Shown here in pieces: positions 46,760 through 57,787 of a stretch of 64,000 nt of DNA (position 1 is the stretch's first letter; the number at the start of each line of letters is the position of its first letter). This DNA comes from Holophagae bacterium (lineage in GTDB: Bacteria > Acidobacteriota > Holophagae > Acanthopleuribacterales > Acanthopleuribacteraceae), in assembly GCA_030429565.1 (NCBI GenBank), contig JAUIFE010000004.1, positions 158,848 through 222,847 on the forward strand, in the 5' to 3' direction. A model generated the notes under the pieces. It was not told the DNA's origin. It saw only the letters and a list, made by a program, of their open reading frames with translations, and ran no database searches. Made by a program: the position numbers and the translations under genes.

Positions 46760-47069
46760 GCAAATACCGCAAATTGTTGGGATTGTTTTAACTATCCTAC
46801 AAAGCTCGGTAAGAGTGGTCAAACATAATTTCCCAAATGATCAAATTCTGTTGGTTAGCATTGGTTTTATCGATGTCGGATTGAGCGTACGCTGCGCCTG
46901 TGGGCTGGTTTTTGGTATGTCTGTCGTTGCGATGCCGGCTCGGTGCGGCAATTTCGCGGCATTCCATCGTATACTTAGTCCTAACGTTCTTAATCATTGA
47001 TACATGGTGACAAATTGCGATGGTTCGTTGAATGGAGCCCTTCGCGATTTGGAATTCAAGGAGATTGGC

Positions 47070-47537
47070 GTGGCCAAATTTAAAGTGAACATCAACAACC
47101 GGGAAGAGGTTGTCGAAGCTGAAGCCGACATGCCGCTGCTGTGGGTTTTACGCGACGTCCTCTCGCTGACCGGCACCAAGTTTGGATGTGGCAAAGCCCT
47201 TTGCGGTGCCTGCACGGTGCACATCAACGGTGTTGCGACGCGTTCCTGTGTGCTACCCATTAGTGCGGTGACCGATGCGAAAATTACCACCATCGAGGGT
47301 ATGTCCCACGGTGGCGATCACCCCTTACAAGAAAGCTGGAAAAAACACAACGTGCCCCAATGTGGCTACTGTCAAGCGGGTCAACTTATGAGTGCCGCCG
47401 CCTTGTTGGCGCAAAACCCCAAACCCGACGACGACGCCATCGATGCCGCGATGAACGGTAATATTTGCCGTTGCGGGACCTACCAACGGATTCGCGCCGC
47501 CATTAAAGATGCGGCCGGCCAAGGGGGGACACCGTGA
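47070..47537 (+). CDS. (2Fe-2S)-binding small subunit of a molybdenum hydroxylase (IorA/CoxS-like)
   Basis: GTG 47070 six nt after AAGGAG; CGxGxCGAC and CGYCQ/CRCG cluster motifs. Confidence 0.85.
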   Translation: MAKFKVNINNREEVVEAEADMPLLWVLRDVLSLTGTKFGCGKALCGACTVHINGVATRSCVLPISAVTDAKITTIEGMSHGGDHPLQESWKKHNVPQCGYCQAGQLMSAAALLAQNPKPDDDAIDAAMNGNICRCGTYQRIRAAIKDAAGQGGTP

Positions 47538-49768
47538 GTGGATCACCCCAACCTTTTCGCCGACTCGATCGGCGCGAATTTCTTAAAGTCGGACTCGCTT
47601 CCGGCACCTGTCTCGCCATGGCGGTGGGCGGCACCCCGGTTGCCGCCGGTTTTGATCCGGCCCGCGTGCATCAAGCTGCTGCAAAACCCGTGTTTACCCC
47701 TAACGTTTTTGTGGCCGTCGACGGCGATGGCAAGGTTTCTATTACCGTTCAACGTTCCGAGATGGGGCAGGGGATTCGCACCAGTTTTGCCATGTTGGTC
47801 GCCGAAGAATTGAACCTGCGGCTCGACCAAGTGACGGTGTTACAAGCGACCGGTGACGCCAAATACGGCAACCAAAACACCGATGGCTCGCGCAGCGTAC
47901 GCACGCTCTACATCCCCATGCGCCAGGCTGGTGCGGCCGCCCGCGAGATGCTGGAGACCGCCGCTGCTCAAGAATGGGGCGTGGCCGTCGCCGAGGTTCA
48001 CGCCGAGGACGGCCAAATTTTTCACAAGAAGAGCAAACGCAGCTTGGGTTACGGCGCTGTTGCCGCCAAAGCCGCCGCCTTGCCGGTGCCACAGAAGCCG
48101 AAACTCAAGGATCGCAAGGATTTCACCCTAATTGGCAAAGATCATATCGGCATTGATGTCGATGCCGTCACTCATGGCCAAGCGCGTTACGGCGCCGACT
48201 TGCGTCTGCCGGGTATGGTGTTTGCCTCGATTGAACATGTGCCCGTGGTGGGTGCTCAATTGACCGCTATGGACGATGCCGCGACCCGGGCGATTGCCGG
48301 TGTGCTCGACGTCATTAAGATGCCGTCGGCCACGCCACCGGTGTTGTTTAAGCCGTTGGGCGGGGTTGCGGTAGTTGCCACCAGTACCTTCGCCGCCTTT
48401 AAAGGTCGCGAGGCATTAAAGCTGACCTGGGACCTGGGTGCAAACGCCGGGTTCGAGTCAGGCGCCTACCAAAAGGCCTTGGCCGCAACCGCTGCCAAGG
48501 ATTGCAAGGTCGTGCGTCAGGTGGGTGATGTTGCCGCCGCTTTCGCCAAACCTGGCAAAAAGGTGAAACGCACCTACTACATGCCGCTGTTGGCGCATGC
48601 TTCGATGGAACCGCCCGCCGCGGTTGCGCGGGTTGATGAGAACGGCTGTGAGGTTTGGGCGCCGGTTCAAGCGCCACAACGCACGCGTGAAGTGGTGGCC
48701 GCCGCCTTGGGAATGGACCAAAGCAAAGTGACCATCAATGTATCCCTGCTCGGCGGCGGTTTTGGCCGCAAGTCTAAGCCGGACTTTGTCGCCGAAGCCG
48801 CCATCATTGCCAAACAGGTTGGCAAGCCGGTGTGTTTGACGTGGAAACGCGAGGACGATATTCGCCACGACTACTACCACAGTGTCAGTTGGCAACACAT
48901 GGAAGCGTCGCTTAATGCCGACGGTTACCCCGAAGCTTTGCTACACCGCACGGTGTTTCCGTCGATTGGCAGCACCTTTGATCCTTCGGCTCGCGCCGGC
49001 AGCGAAATGGAGCTGGGTTTGGGTTTCTCCAATAACCCGTACCAGGTACCCAACCAACAACTGGAGGTCGGTCAAGCCGACGCCCATGTTCGTATTGGTT
49101 GGCTGCGTGCCGTGTGCAACCTGTTCCACGCATTCGCCATTAACCGTTTCGTCGATGCCTGTGCACTTGAAGCGGGCAAAGATCCCTTGGCCTACCGCTT
49201 GCACCTGCTGGGTGAACCCCGCAATTTGGTTTTTAGCGAGGCCGACAAGGAAAGTCCCTACCAGCTCAATACGGGTCGCTTGGCGCATGTGCTGCGTTTG
49301 GCGGCCGACAAAGCCGGTTGGCACGAGAAACGTCCCGCCGGGGTCGGTATGGGCATTGCCGCCCACTACAGTTTCCTGAGCTACGTGGCGCACGTGGTGC
49401 GCGTCAAGAAAAAGGCCGACGGCGGCTTCGTTGTGGAACGGGTTGACGTGGCGCTTGATTGCGGTCAGATGGTGAACACCGATTCCGTGCGCGCTCAAAT
49501 GGAGGGCGCGGTGGTTTTCGGTTTATCGTTGGCCCTCAAAGGGGAGATCACCGCCGAGGGGGGTCGTGTGCTGCAGGGCAATTTTGACGATTACCCGATG
49601 CTACGGATGGGTGAAACGCCCGATATCCACGTGCACCTGGTGGATAATGCCGAACTGCCGACCGGGGTCGGTGAGCCCGGGGTGCCGCCGTTGGCGCCCG
49701 CGCTTGCATCGGCCTTGGATGCCGTGGGTGCGCCTCGTGGCGATGCGCTACCGCTTAAATTCGTGTAG
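47534..49768 (+). CDS. molybdopterin-dependent hydroxylase large subunit (IorB/aldehyde-oxidoreductase-like) with Tat signal
   Basis: twin-arginine motif [10 protein letters not shown]; GTGA overlap with the upstream subunit; 744 aa. Confidence 0.8.
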   Translation: MSGSPQPFRRLDRREFLKVGLASGTCLAMAVGGTPVAAGFDPARVHQAAAKPVFTPNVFVAVDGDGKVSITVQRSEMGQGIRTSFAMLVAEELNLRLDQVTVLQATGDAKYGNQNTDGSRSVRTLYIPMRQAGAAAREMLETAAAQEWGVAVAEVHAEDGQIFHKKSKRSLGYGAVAAKAAALPVPQKPKLKDRKDFTLIGKDHIGIDVDAVTHGQARYGADLRLPGMVFASIEHVPVVGAQLTAMDDAATRAIAGVLDVIKMPSATPPVLFKPLGGVAVVATSTFAAFKGREALKLTWDLGANAGFESGAYQKALAATAAKDCKVVRQVGDVAAAFAKPGKKVKRTYYMPLLAHASMEPPAAVARVDENGCEVWAPVQAPQRTREVVAAALGMDQSKVTINVSLLGGGFGRKSKPDFVAEAAIIAKQVGKPVCLTWKREDDIRHDYYHSVSWQHMEASLNADGYPEALLHRTVFPSIGSTFDPSARAGSEMELGLGFSNNPYQVPNQQLEVGQADAHVRIGWLRAVCNLFHAFAINRFVDACALEAGKDPLAYRLHLLGEPRNLVFSEADKESPYQLNTGRLAHVLRLAADKAGWHEKRPAGVGMGIAAHYSFLSYVAHVVRVKKKADGGFVVERVDVALDCGQMVNTDSVRAQMEGAVVFGLSLALKGEITAEGGRVLQGNFDDYPMLRMGETPDIHVHLVDNAELPTGVGEPGVPPLAPALASALDAVGAPRGDALPLKFV

Positions 49769-50227
49769 GTCAGGGCTTCTCGAGGTGGCGGTTGATTGCG
49801 ACGGCCGCCTCGTTCCGGTTCCGTCCGGTAATTTTTTCGCTGCACGCTAAACCAAAACTTTAAAAATTCTGTAAGGAATATGGATCCACGCGTACTGTGT
49901 CCACCGATCCGGGCTCCAATGCCAAGCAAAACGTGGTCATTCGCTTAAATGAAACCCTTGTCGCAAACCGGCTCGATGGTTTCCTGAGGAAAGCCACGTG
50001 GCCTTCTGCATAAACCGGCTCGTTATGGCGGGCGAAAACAGAAACCGCGCCATTCACTGCCGAACGATTGTTTCCCGTTTGGCCCTTAAATATTCAAAAG
50101 CCGCGTTATTAAAGGTAGGGCCCCGCCGGGTTCCTCAATTCAAAAACGCGTGGAGCACGAGGTGGTGACGGACGGTTGGCCGTCTCCTTGGTTGGTGCTC
50201 CCATCATATTAATCACCAGAGGTTTGG

Positions 50228-52021
50228 ATGAAGAATTTTGCGAGGCAGGTACTAGCAGTTTTTGTAGCGATGGCGTTGTTTGTGTCATTTGGTTCGGCAC
50301 TGGTCGCCGTGATCGCCGCCGCCGCCGCCGCCGGGGGTGGCGAAGAAGTAAAACCCAAGTCATTGTTGCGGCTTGATATGAGTAAGCCGATTGTCGATAA
50401 ACCGATTTCCGGCGACATTGGCGAAACCGTCCGTGAATTGGCCAAAGGCAATGAGCCGCCTGAGGGCATTCCGCTGCGCGATGTACTCGACGCTATTAAC
50501 CATGCGGCCGACGATGACCGCATCGCCGCTTTGTACTTGACCGGGAATGCGGCGGGCGGCGGCTTGCGTTCCGGCTGGGCCACCTTTGAGGAAGTGCGTC
50601 GGGCGTTAATTGCTTTTAAAGCCAAAGGCAAAAAAATCTACGCTTACAACGAAAACTACTCAGAGCGAGACTATTACCTTGCTTCAACAGCGGACAAACT
50701 TTACATCAATAAGTTTGGCTTTATTGAGCTTAACGGATTTGCCGCCGACATGTTGTTCTTTCGCAATGCACTAGATAAGTACGGCGTGAATGTTCAGGTC
50801 ACCCGCGTCGGCAAATATAAATCGGCCGTTGAACCCTACTTACTCGACAAAATGAGCGACGCCAATCGCGAGCAAATTGAAATGCTGTTGGGCGATTTGC
50901 TGACCGCGTTTTTGAACGGTGTTTCCGAAGCACGCGGCGTGTCGATTGAGACCATTAACCAATTGGCTCAGGAGAAAGGCCTTTTGATCGGTGCCGAAGC
51001 TGTTGAAAACAAATTATTTGATGCCACGGTTGACTATGACGAAATCCTTGCTGAGTTGCGCGAGGTAACCGGCACCGAACCCGGTGAAAAAATTGAGAAT
51101 TTGGTTAACCTGGGCGCTTATCACGCCAACATTGCCGACAAACTCAAAAAGTCAGGTGACAAAATTGCCGTGATCTACGCGGAAGGTAACATTGTCGATG
51201 GTGAGAGCCAGAAAAACGTCGGTGGTCGTACCGTTGCGCGTTTGTTGCGCAAAGCCCGTGAAGATAAAGATGTTAAAGCCGTCGTTTTGCGCGTTAACTC
51301 ACCTGGCGGCAGTGCCCAGGCGTCTGAGTTGATCCTGCGCGAAGTGCGTTTGACCAAAGAAGAAAAACCACTGGTGGTTTCCATGGGTTCTCTGGCCGCC
51401 TCCGGTGGTTATTGGATCAGTACTTATGCCGACGAAATTTGGGCGGAACCCAACACCATTACCGGTTCGATTGGTGTGTTTGGGCTGTTCCTCAACTTCG
51501 AGGGCATCATGACGGAGCACGGGGTGACCACCGACCTGGTGGCGACCCACGACATGGCTGCCTTGGGTTCGGCCTATCGCCCGTTAACCGAGCGCGAGTT
51601 GGGCGTAATGCAAACCACGGTTGATTTCGTCTACGAAGGGTTCCTTGATCGCGTGTCCGAGGGGCGTAACTTACCGCGCGAGCAAGTTGCTGAAATTGCG
51701 CAAGGTCGCGTCTGGTCCGGTTCACGCGCCAAGGAATTGGGTTTGGTTGATGAGCTCGGTGGCTTGCAATCGGCCATTGCCGCCGCCGCCAAACGCGCTG
51801 AAATCAAAGAAGACGGTTTCCAAATCGAACAGTTCCAAAAAGAACGGACACCGATGGAAACCATTATGGAAAAAATGGGGATGAACACGGAAGTACGTAC
51901 CCGCGGCCAAGCCGAGCACGGCTTGAATCGCCTGATGGTTGAAGCTGAAGACATGCTCGAGAGCTACAACGATCCCCGCGGCGTGTACGCACGTTTGCCG
52001 TATCAACTCGACATCGACTAA
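50228..52021 (+). CDS. sppA: signal peptide peptidase SppA (67K type, protease IV)
   Basis: N-terminal TM, two ClpP/crotonase-like halves; catalytic-region motifs NSPGGSAQASE and SMGSLAASGGYWIS. Confidence 0.85.
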   Translation: MKNFARQVLAVFVAMALFVSFGSALVAVIAAAAAAGGGEEVKPKSLLRLDMSKPIVDKPISGDIGETVRELAKGNEPPEGIPLRDVLDAINHAADDDRIAALYLTGNAAGGGLRSGWATFEEVRRALIAFKAKGKKIYAYNENYSERDYYLASTADKLYINKFGFIELNGFAADMLFFRNALDKYGVNVQVTRVGKYKSAVEPYLLDKMSDANREQIEMLLGDLLTAFLNGVSEARGVSIETINQLAQEKGLLIGAEAVENKLFDATVDYDEILAELREVTGTEPGEKIENLVNLGAYHANIADKLKKSGDKIAVIYAEGNIVDGESQKNVGGRTVARLLRKAREDKDVKAVVLRVNSPGGSAQASELILREVRLTKEEKPLVVSMGSLAASGGYWISTYADEIWAEPNTITGSIGVFGLFLNFEGIMTEHGVTTDLVATHDMAALGSAYRPLTERELGVMQTTVDFVYEGFLDRVSEGRNLPREQVAEIAQGRVWSGSRAKELGLVDELGGLQSAIAAAAKRAEIKEDGFQIEQFQKERTPMETIMEKMGMNTEVRTRGQAEHGLNRLMVEAEDMLESYNDPRGVYARLPYQLDID

Positions 52022-52200
52022 GTCTTAATGACCACACCCGGGCCGCCCGTTCCAACTGGAACGCGCGGCCCTTTTTTATGGGGTTTTTCCAGCGTAGCGC
52101 CTGGCGATGTGAGAAAATCCACCATGATGATGAATACAGCGGCGATGCGACATCGGGCCGGTGCCTGCTCGGGCCGCGACAGAAAAAGCAGGTGGCGACC

Positions 52201-53394
52201 ATGAAATGGTGTTCGGTGGCTTCGCGCGGCACCGATTTGGCAGCGCAAATTAAGCAAGCGGGTGCCGCCGTTTTGGCGGAATTCGACGGTCAGAGTCCGG
52301 ATATTTTGTTCGTTTTTCTTTCGGCACACTTTCGCGAGCAGTTTGATCAAGTGCCGCGTTTGCTGGTCGATGTCTGTCAGCCCGCGCAAATTTTTGGTTG
52401 TTGTGGCGGCGGTATTTTGGCGGCGGGCAGTGAAATTGAAGACGAGTGCGGTGTTGCTTTGATGGCGGGTTTGTTGCCCGACGTTTTTTGCCACAGTTTT
52501 GCTGTGGCGCCCGAGGAATTCGCTGAACTTGATTCGCAACGCCTAATCGACAAAATTGGTGTCCCAGCCGAAAACAGTCCCTCGTTTGTGTTGTTATTCG
52601 ATCCCTTTTCTTGTCCGATGGAGCCCTTTCTCAGTTTGCTCGATCAAAGCTTTCCCTTTAGCCAGAAAATCGGTGGTTTGGTAAGTGGCGGCCGTGGGCC
52701 CGGTTATCACGTCATGTACCATGGCGGTCACGTGACGGATCGTGGCATGGTCGGGCTGGTGTTCGACGGCAACTTGGCGATGGATACGATGGTGGCGCAA
52801 GGTTGCCGACCGATTGGCAGTCCCTTGTTTCTGACATCCGTCGCCGGCTCGATTATCCGGGAAATTAACGGTGAAACGCCGCGCCGCGTGTTGGAACAAA
52901 TGTACAGTGATTTATCGGAAACCGACCGCGCCCTTTTTCGCCACGCGCTTTTCCTCGGCATTGAGATGCAGCCGGACGAACGTGTCTACAATCGCGGTGA
53001 TTTCCTGATTCGGAATCTGATGGGGATTGATCCGCAAAATGGCTTCATTCAGGTTGGCGCCGACTTGAGCCGTACCAAGGTGGCGCAATTCCATGTGCGT
53101 GACACGCACACTTCGCGCGAAGACTTAAGGTTGCAGCTTGATCGCTACCAGGAGACCCTGGGGGAGCGCGTGCCGCTTGGTTCGCTGATGTTCACCTGTT
53201 TAGGGCGCGGCATGCGTTTTTACGATGCGCCTGATGTGGACAGCGGGTTGGTGCGCGATGTGTTTGACCAACTGCCGATGGGCGGTTTCTTTTGCAATGG
53301 GGAAATCGGGCCGGTTCAAGGACGGACCTTTGTGCACGGGTACACCAGTTCACTGGGCTTTATGCGGCCGCGATTTGGGGCCGACGAAAACTAG
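52201..53394 (+). CDS. FIST-domain (FIST_N plus FIST_C) sensory protein
   Basis: ATG 52201 after AGGTGG; layout and motifs (IFGCCGGGILAAG ... FHVRD) consistent with FIST N and C domains. Confidence 0.6.
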   Translation: MKWCSVASRGTDLAAQIKQAGAAVLAEFDGQSPDILFVFLSAHFREQFDQVPRLLVDVCQPAQIFGCCGGGILAAGSEIEDECGVALMAGLLPDVFCHSFAVAPEEFAELDSQRLIDKIGVPAENSPSFVLLFDPFSCPMEPFLSLLDQSFPFSQKIGGLVSGGRGPGYHVMYHGGHVTDRGMVGLVFDGNLAMDTMVAQGCRPIGSPLFLTSVAGSIIREINGETPRRVLEQMYSDLSETDRALFRHALFLGIEMQPDERVYNRGDFLIRNLMGIDPQNGFIQVGADLSRTKVAQFHVRDTHTSREDLRLQLDRYQETLGERVPLGSLMFTCLGRGMRFYDAPDVDSGLVRDVFDQLPMGGFFCNGEIGPVQGRTFVHGYTSSLGFMRPRFGADEN

Positions 53395-54134
53395 GTGTTA
53401 CCGCGGTTCAGGGCTGCCTTCATCTTACTTAGGACGGCCGGACCACTTTGCTGGAAGAACTCGAGCAGCTCGTTGAGGCCCGCTTGCTGTCCGTGAAGCA
53501 TAATTTTGCGTGGTTTGGGCGAGGCCTTTTGAATATTGGCGGCGTGGGTGAACACGATCTTCTGATAGAGCAGCGAGCATTGCTCTTTTTGTTCGCGTTT
53601 CTTATCAATTTTTTTACGGATCGCGTTGCGTTTGTTTTGCTCCACGGTGGCGCCGAGTTTGGTGCGCAATTCTTTGATTTGGTCGGCCAGCTTGGTGGCT
53701 TCCGTCGCCGTTTTGTAGAGGGTGGGAAACACGTTGTAGGTGACGTTTTTGTAGGTACCGCCGGTTTCCTCTTGAAGGATGGTGACCTTCTCTTCTTCGT
53801 AATAAGACTGCAAACACAGCAGGGCGCGGAAGGTCGCTTTGTCTTCAACAAGCAAACTGGGGCATTCACCCTTGCGCACGATCTTCTCGAAACCCGAAAC
53901 CAGTTTCTTTTCAAGGCTTGAGTATTCGCCGTTAATTCCTTTGTTGATGCCGAGAAACGCGACAATGTCGGCGTGAATGCGTTCAAGGACATTGATCGGC
54001 GTCAAGGAAAGTTGGTACAAACGGTCGGACTCGTCCTGAGTTTGTAAGTCCTTGGGCGAACCTTTTTCGCCGGCGGTGGGGCTCAGCGTTTGATCAGTGT
54101 CGGGAGCAGGAGAGAATTTGTCGTCAGCCACCAT
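53391..54134 (-). CDS. hypothetical Lys/Glu-rich protein (lower GC than its surroundings)
   Basis: start MVADDKF (ATG complement 54132-54134); charged, probably coiled-coil; no recognised motif. Confidence 0.4.
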   Translation of the reverse strand: MVADDKFSPAPDTDQTLSPTAGEKGSPKDLQTQDESDRLYQLSLTPINVLERIHADIVAFLGINKGINGEYSSLEKKLVSGFEKIVRKGECPSLLVEDKATFRALLCLQSYYEEEKVTILQEETGGTYKNVTYNVFPTLYKTATEATKLADQIKELRTKLGATVEQNKRNAIRKKIDKKREQKEQCSLLYQKIVFTHAANIQKASPKPRKIMLHGQQAGLNELLEFFQQSGPAVLSKMKAALNRGNT

Positions 54135-54302
54135 AAACCTACTTGATTGTGTGACGCGCGCAAAAAGAAGTGTATTGGCAATTTCAAAAGACGGCATAAA
54201 CCGTTTTTCAGAGCGCGCAAACTTATTTGTAGCAAACCCTGCACCCGAGAATCAATCATCATCGTGGTGGTTTTACAGCTTTGTTAAAAAACACCGTGCG
54301 CG

Positions 54303-54965
54303 TCACATCCCATGCAGTGTTTTTGTCAAAGCGTCCACGCGGCGTCGCACGTCGTCTTCTAACGATTCCAATTGACGTTGGGCCCGGTAAGCCGTGTTCC
54401 ATTTGGTGGTCAAGTTCAGCGCTAACTGCTTGACCTCCAACGAATCAAAGGGTTTCTTGATGAACAAAAGTTTATCGTTGACACCTAACTTATCAACCAT
54501 TTCGTCCCAGGTGTAATCAGAGTATGCTGTCACAATGACAACTTCCGTAAATGGAAGCCGTCGCCAAATTTGGTCGACCGTGCGAATTCCGTCCCATCCC
54601 GGCGGCATGCGTACATCCATAAATATAAGGGTGTAGGGTTCGCCTTCGTCCGCTGCTTTTTCAACCATCTCCAAGGCTTGTTTGCCCTGGAAGGCCGAGT
54701 CAATGCGGTAGGTAATTTCCGGTACTTTCTTGGTCTTCTCGTTAAAGGTTGGGTCGTCCGAAAAGAGGGCGTCCTCAAAATTGCGCAGCTCGTTATCGAG
54801 TTCGGTTTGCTGAATTGGCGCCAAAATTTTTTGGATATCCTTGTGAATGTCCCGGTTGTCATCGCAAATGAGAATCCGATTGTTGAATGAGTTTTCATTC
54901 TGGAGCAAATGCATTTGCGGTTCGGTATTGACGGTTGAGACGTCACTGCCGGCTTCATGGGTCAT
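54303..54965 (-). CDS. single-domain response regulator (CheY-like receiver)
   Basis: RILICDDN ... LIFMDVRMP ... VIVTAYSD ... KKPFD receiver signature; roughly 30-aa N-terminal extension; start may be the internal MHLLQ. Confidence 0.7.
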   Translation of the reverse strand: MTHEAGSDVSTVNTEPQMHLLQNENSFNNRILICDDNRDIHKDIQKILAPIQQTELDNELRNFEDALFSDDPTFNEKTKKVPEITYRIDSAFQGKQALEMVEKAADEGEPYTLIFMDVRMPPGWDGIRTVDQIWRRLPFTEVVIVTAYSDYTWDEMVDKLGVNDKLLFIKKPFDSLEVKQLALNLTTKWNTAYRAQRQLESLEDDVRRRVDALTKTLHGM

Positions 54966-55400
54966 GACAAACTCCGATGGTGCACATTGTTCCTCTAATC
55001 GGCTCGATCATAACGCTGCTTTAGATTGTCTTTGGCATTTTCGTCACCTGGGTTGATCTCTTTGTCGAACAGGCCCCCGTTGGGCGGCTATAATGACCCA
55101 TCACGGCTTTTGGAAAATGGATCCGCCGTGCCTTGTGCCGTTGCGAGTCCCGGACGAAGTTGATCTTGGCCGTCTTGTCGCGTGCGATGGTCGGAATCTT
55201 TATTTGGCTCCGCTGCCTTTCGGGACGAAACTGGCGCGCAAAGGGTTGGCGTGAAATGTGTTGCGAAATGCAGTGGTGTGCTGAGAAGATATGCCGGTGG
55301 TTGTTACGGCACGTTGTGGTCGGGCCCAAGACGTGAGTTCCGGCGAAAATTGCGCTGTTTCGGTGAAGGCGGCAAGTGTCGCTTAAAATGAGGTGTTGTC

Positions 55401-56216
55401 GTGAAGGTTTTGCGTTTGCTTTTGGTTCTTATGTCGACCCTGACCATGCTTTGCGCCCAAGAGACGCAGAAAAATCGGTTCGACGAATTGCTGCCGACCA
55501 TCGATAAATTGGAAGCGCCCACTCGCGGTGATCGTCTCGCCGCCGTGGGGCGAATTTTTTTGGATGTGCCTTACGAACCCAACACCTTGGAAGTGAACGA
55601 CGAAGAAACGCTGGTCGTTCGTTTCGACGGGTTTGACTGTTTTACTTTCGCCGAATCAGTTTTGGCGTTGGCCCATGTGCCCGCTTCTTATGAGGCCTAT
55701 CGCGAGTTGTTGCAAAGTTTGCGCTATCGCAACGGTCAAATTCAGGGGTATGCCTCGCGTTTGCATTACACCAGCGATTGGGCCCACGAAAATGCGAAAA
55801 AGGGCCATGTTGCCGATGTGACCCAAGCGATCGGTGGCGTGCCCTATGACAAAACCATCGACTTTATGTCGAAGCACCGTCAGAGCTATCAGGCGCTCAA
55901 ACACAACGATGCCGCGCTCGAACAAATTCGCGGGGTCGAGCAAAAACTGAATCAGCAAAAACGTTACTATTTGCCCAAAGAGCAGTTGGCCCAGGCCGCC
56001 GGCCGCATTAAAGAAGGTGACATCTTGGCGATCACCACCTCGATTGCCGGTCTTGATGTGGTCCACGTGGGCTTGGCGGTGTTTGTTGAAGGACGGCTGC
56101 ATATGCTGCACGCCTCTTCTAAAAACAAGAAGGTCGAAATTACCAAAGAGCCGCTTGCCGATTACTTAGCCCGTCACCGCACCCAAACCGGTGTCATGGT
56201 GTTCCGACCTCGGTAA
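55401..56216 (+). CDS. secreted protein, possibly a DUF1460/cell-wall-amidase-like family member
   Basis: signal peptide MKVLRLLLVLMSTLTMLCAQE; RFDGFDCFTFAESVLALA motif recalled from DUF1460-type proteins (tentative); 3' end overlaps the convergent ORF by 43 nt. Confidence 0.4.
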   Translation: MKVLRLLLVLMSTLTMLCAQETQKNRFDELLPTIDKLEAPTRGDRLAAVGRIFLDVPYEPNTLEVNDEETLVVRFDGFDCFTFAESVLALAHVPASYEAYRELLQSLRYRNGQIQGYASRLHYTSDWAHENAKKGHVADVTQAIGGVPYDKTIDFMSKHRQSYQALKHNDAALEQIRGVEQKLNQQKRYYLPKEQLAQAAGRIKEGDILAITTSIAGLDVVHVGLAVFVEGRLHMLHASSKNKKVEITKEPLADYLARHRTQTGVMVFRPR

Positions 56217-57787
56217 GTGCGCCAGGCGCGAAATACCGACAATGCCAAGCCGATGAAGTTACCGGTACTCGTCCGCACCAGGGCCTGGACGGCGGCGCCG
56301 AGCAGTTTGAAGGCAAGCGCCGCTGTTGAAAAGGCTTTGTCAACGGCTTGTTCGTGTTCAAGCCGGCCTTGATTGTCGCGTTCGCCTTGCACCAAATTCA
56401 CTACATCGCCCGCACCTTGCCACCAGGTCGCTACAAAGTTTTGGCCGGTGCCGGTAGCAATGGGTTGTCCGGAAACCAATTGCGCGGTTGTGCGCAGTCG
56501 GCGCCAAAAGACCCGCATGCTCTCTTCGATGGTGCGCCGCAAGGCGGTGAAACAGCGCAAGGCCGTTTGCCAAGGGCCGGTGAGGCCGCGCCAAGCGACC
56601 AAAGCGCCACGTGCGACGGCACGGCCGGCATGAACCAAGCCGGCACGAACGGAAGCGTAGGTGCGCCTCGCTAAGTTTTTAGCCGCGTTCCAGGTGCGTC
56701 CGAGCCAGGAGGTGGTTCCGGCGGTCGGTGTTGGCGCACCTGGGTCTTCAGCCAGAGCCACCGCTTGCGCTTCTTGCATGCCGAGCGCTGATAACTGGTT
56801 TTCGTGGGCCGCGACCTCTTCTTCCGTCGGTCGTTCAAACCCGAACAGCGCGAAACAGCGCGGCGCCAGCCACAAACGGCCGTTCCACCAGCGTATCACC
56901 GTGGCTTGGTCGACGCTGAGCTCTTGAAGCCACAGGCGTAGGGCCGCCAAACTGGCCGAACCGAAGGACGCGTCGAGACCGCGTTGGTAGTTGCCGGCAA
57001 TCCAAAGGTGGACCTGAAGCAGCGCCAACCCGAAACGGTTTTTTAAGCCGTCGTCATCACCGGCCGGCAACGGGGTGGGGGCGCTGGCGAAGCCGCCGCC
57101 GCCACCGTCGATACGCGAAAAGGCAAGGGTGGCCGGGGTGTGGTTCAATCCCTCGGGTGGCCGCCCGGAGGGGACGACCAGGCAGCGACCGCCCGGCGCG
57201 TCGCCGTTGGGTTTTGTTTGATCAAAAAATCGTGCGCCGCATTGATAAGGATCGCCGAGCAAGGTCAGTGTTTCGCGGCTGACGGCGCGATCCAGATGGG
57301 GCAGACCGAGCAAGTGGCGAAACAAACAAAAAGCCAAATACAGAGATTCGTCGAGGGTGTCTTGAATGGGACCGTGATACAGGCCGAGCCGACTGAGTTG
57401 CAGGGCGGCGACGCGCACGATCAAACCGCGCGCACCTTGTGGCAAGGGTTGGGCGGGCAAGGGGAAAGGCAAAGGCTCGAAGGTGGTTAAGCGGGCCACC
57501 CAATCGCGAAAATCGGGGTCGTTGGGGTCCGACGAAGTTGCGTTGGGTCGTTCGTCGGCCAGGCTGGAACAGGCCGCCTTTAACGCCGTCGGGTCCGGCG
57601 CGGTAACGCCTTCGGCCAGGTAACCCAAGGCTTGCAAATGGCCGATAAAGGCCGGGTCGGGTGGTGCCGGTTGCCCCTCAAATTCGGCGACGCCGCCCAG
57701 GTCAAGGGCGGTATCGATCGCCGCAAGGGCTGCGAGCGGATTGGCCGCCGGCGGCGGGGTCGTCCAACCGATCCAAGGCTGCTTCAT
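56174..57787 (-). CDS. hypothetical 537-aa protein (last gene of the peptidase operon)
   Basis: long Ala/Gly/Pro-rich ORF, 4-nt overlap with the upstream 128-aa ORF; no recognised domain. Confidence 0.45.
   Translation of the reverse strand: MKQPWIGWTTPPPAANPLAALAAIDTALDLGGVAEFEGQPAPPDPAFIGHLQALGYLAEGVTAPDPTALKAACSSLADERPNATSSDPNDPDFRDWVARLTTFEPLPFPLPAQPLPQGARGLIVRVAALQLSRLGLYHGPIQDTLDESLYLAFCLFRHLLGLPHLDRAVSRETLTLLGDPYQCGARFFDQTKPNGDAPGGRCLVVPSGRPPEGLNHTPATLAFSRIDGGGGGFASAPTPLPAGDDDGLKNRFGLALLQVHLWIAGNYQRGLDASFGSASLAALRLWLQELSVDQATVIRWWNGRLWLAPRCFALFGFERPTEEEVAAHENQLSALGMQEAQAVALAEDPGAPTPTAGTTSWLGRTWNAAKNLARRTYASVRAGLVHAGRAVARGALVAWRGLTGPWQTALRCFTALRRTIEESMRVFWRRLRTTAQLVSGQPIATGTGQNFVATWWQGAGDVVNLVQGERDNQGRLEHEQAVDKAFSTAALAFKLLGAAVQALVRTSTGNFIGLALSVFRAWRTYRGRNTMTPVWVR

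Noticed and set aside
56174-56216. 43-nt convergent overlap of ORFs 55401..56216 and 56174..57787 as evidence that one of them is spurious
   Set aside because: Both ORFs are long and protein-like, and convergent 3' overlaps of this size occur. It is noted inside a finding rather than used to discard a gene.
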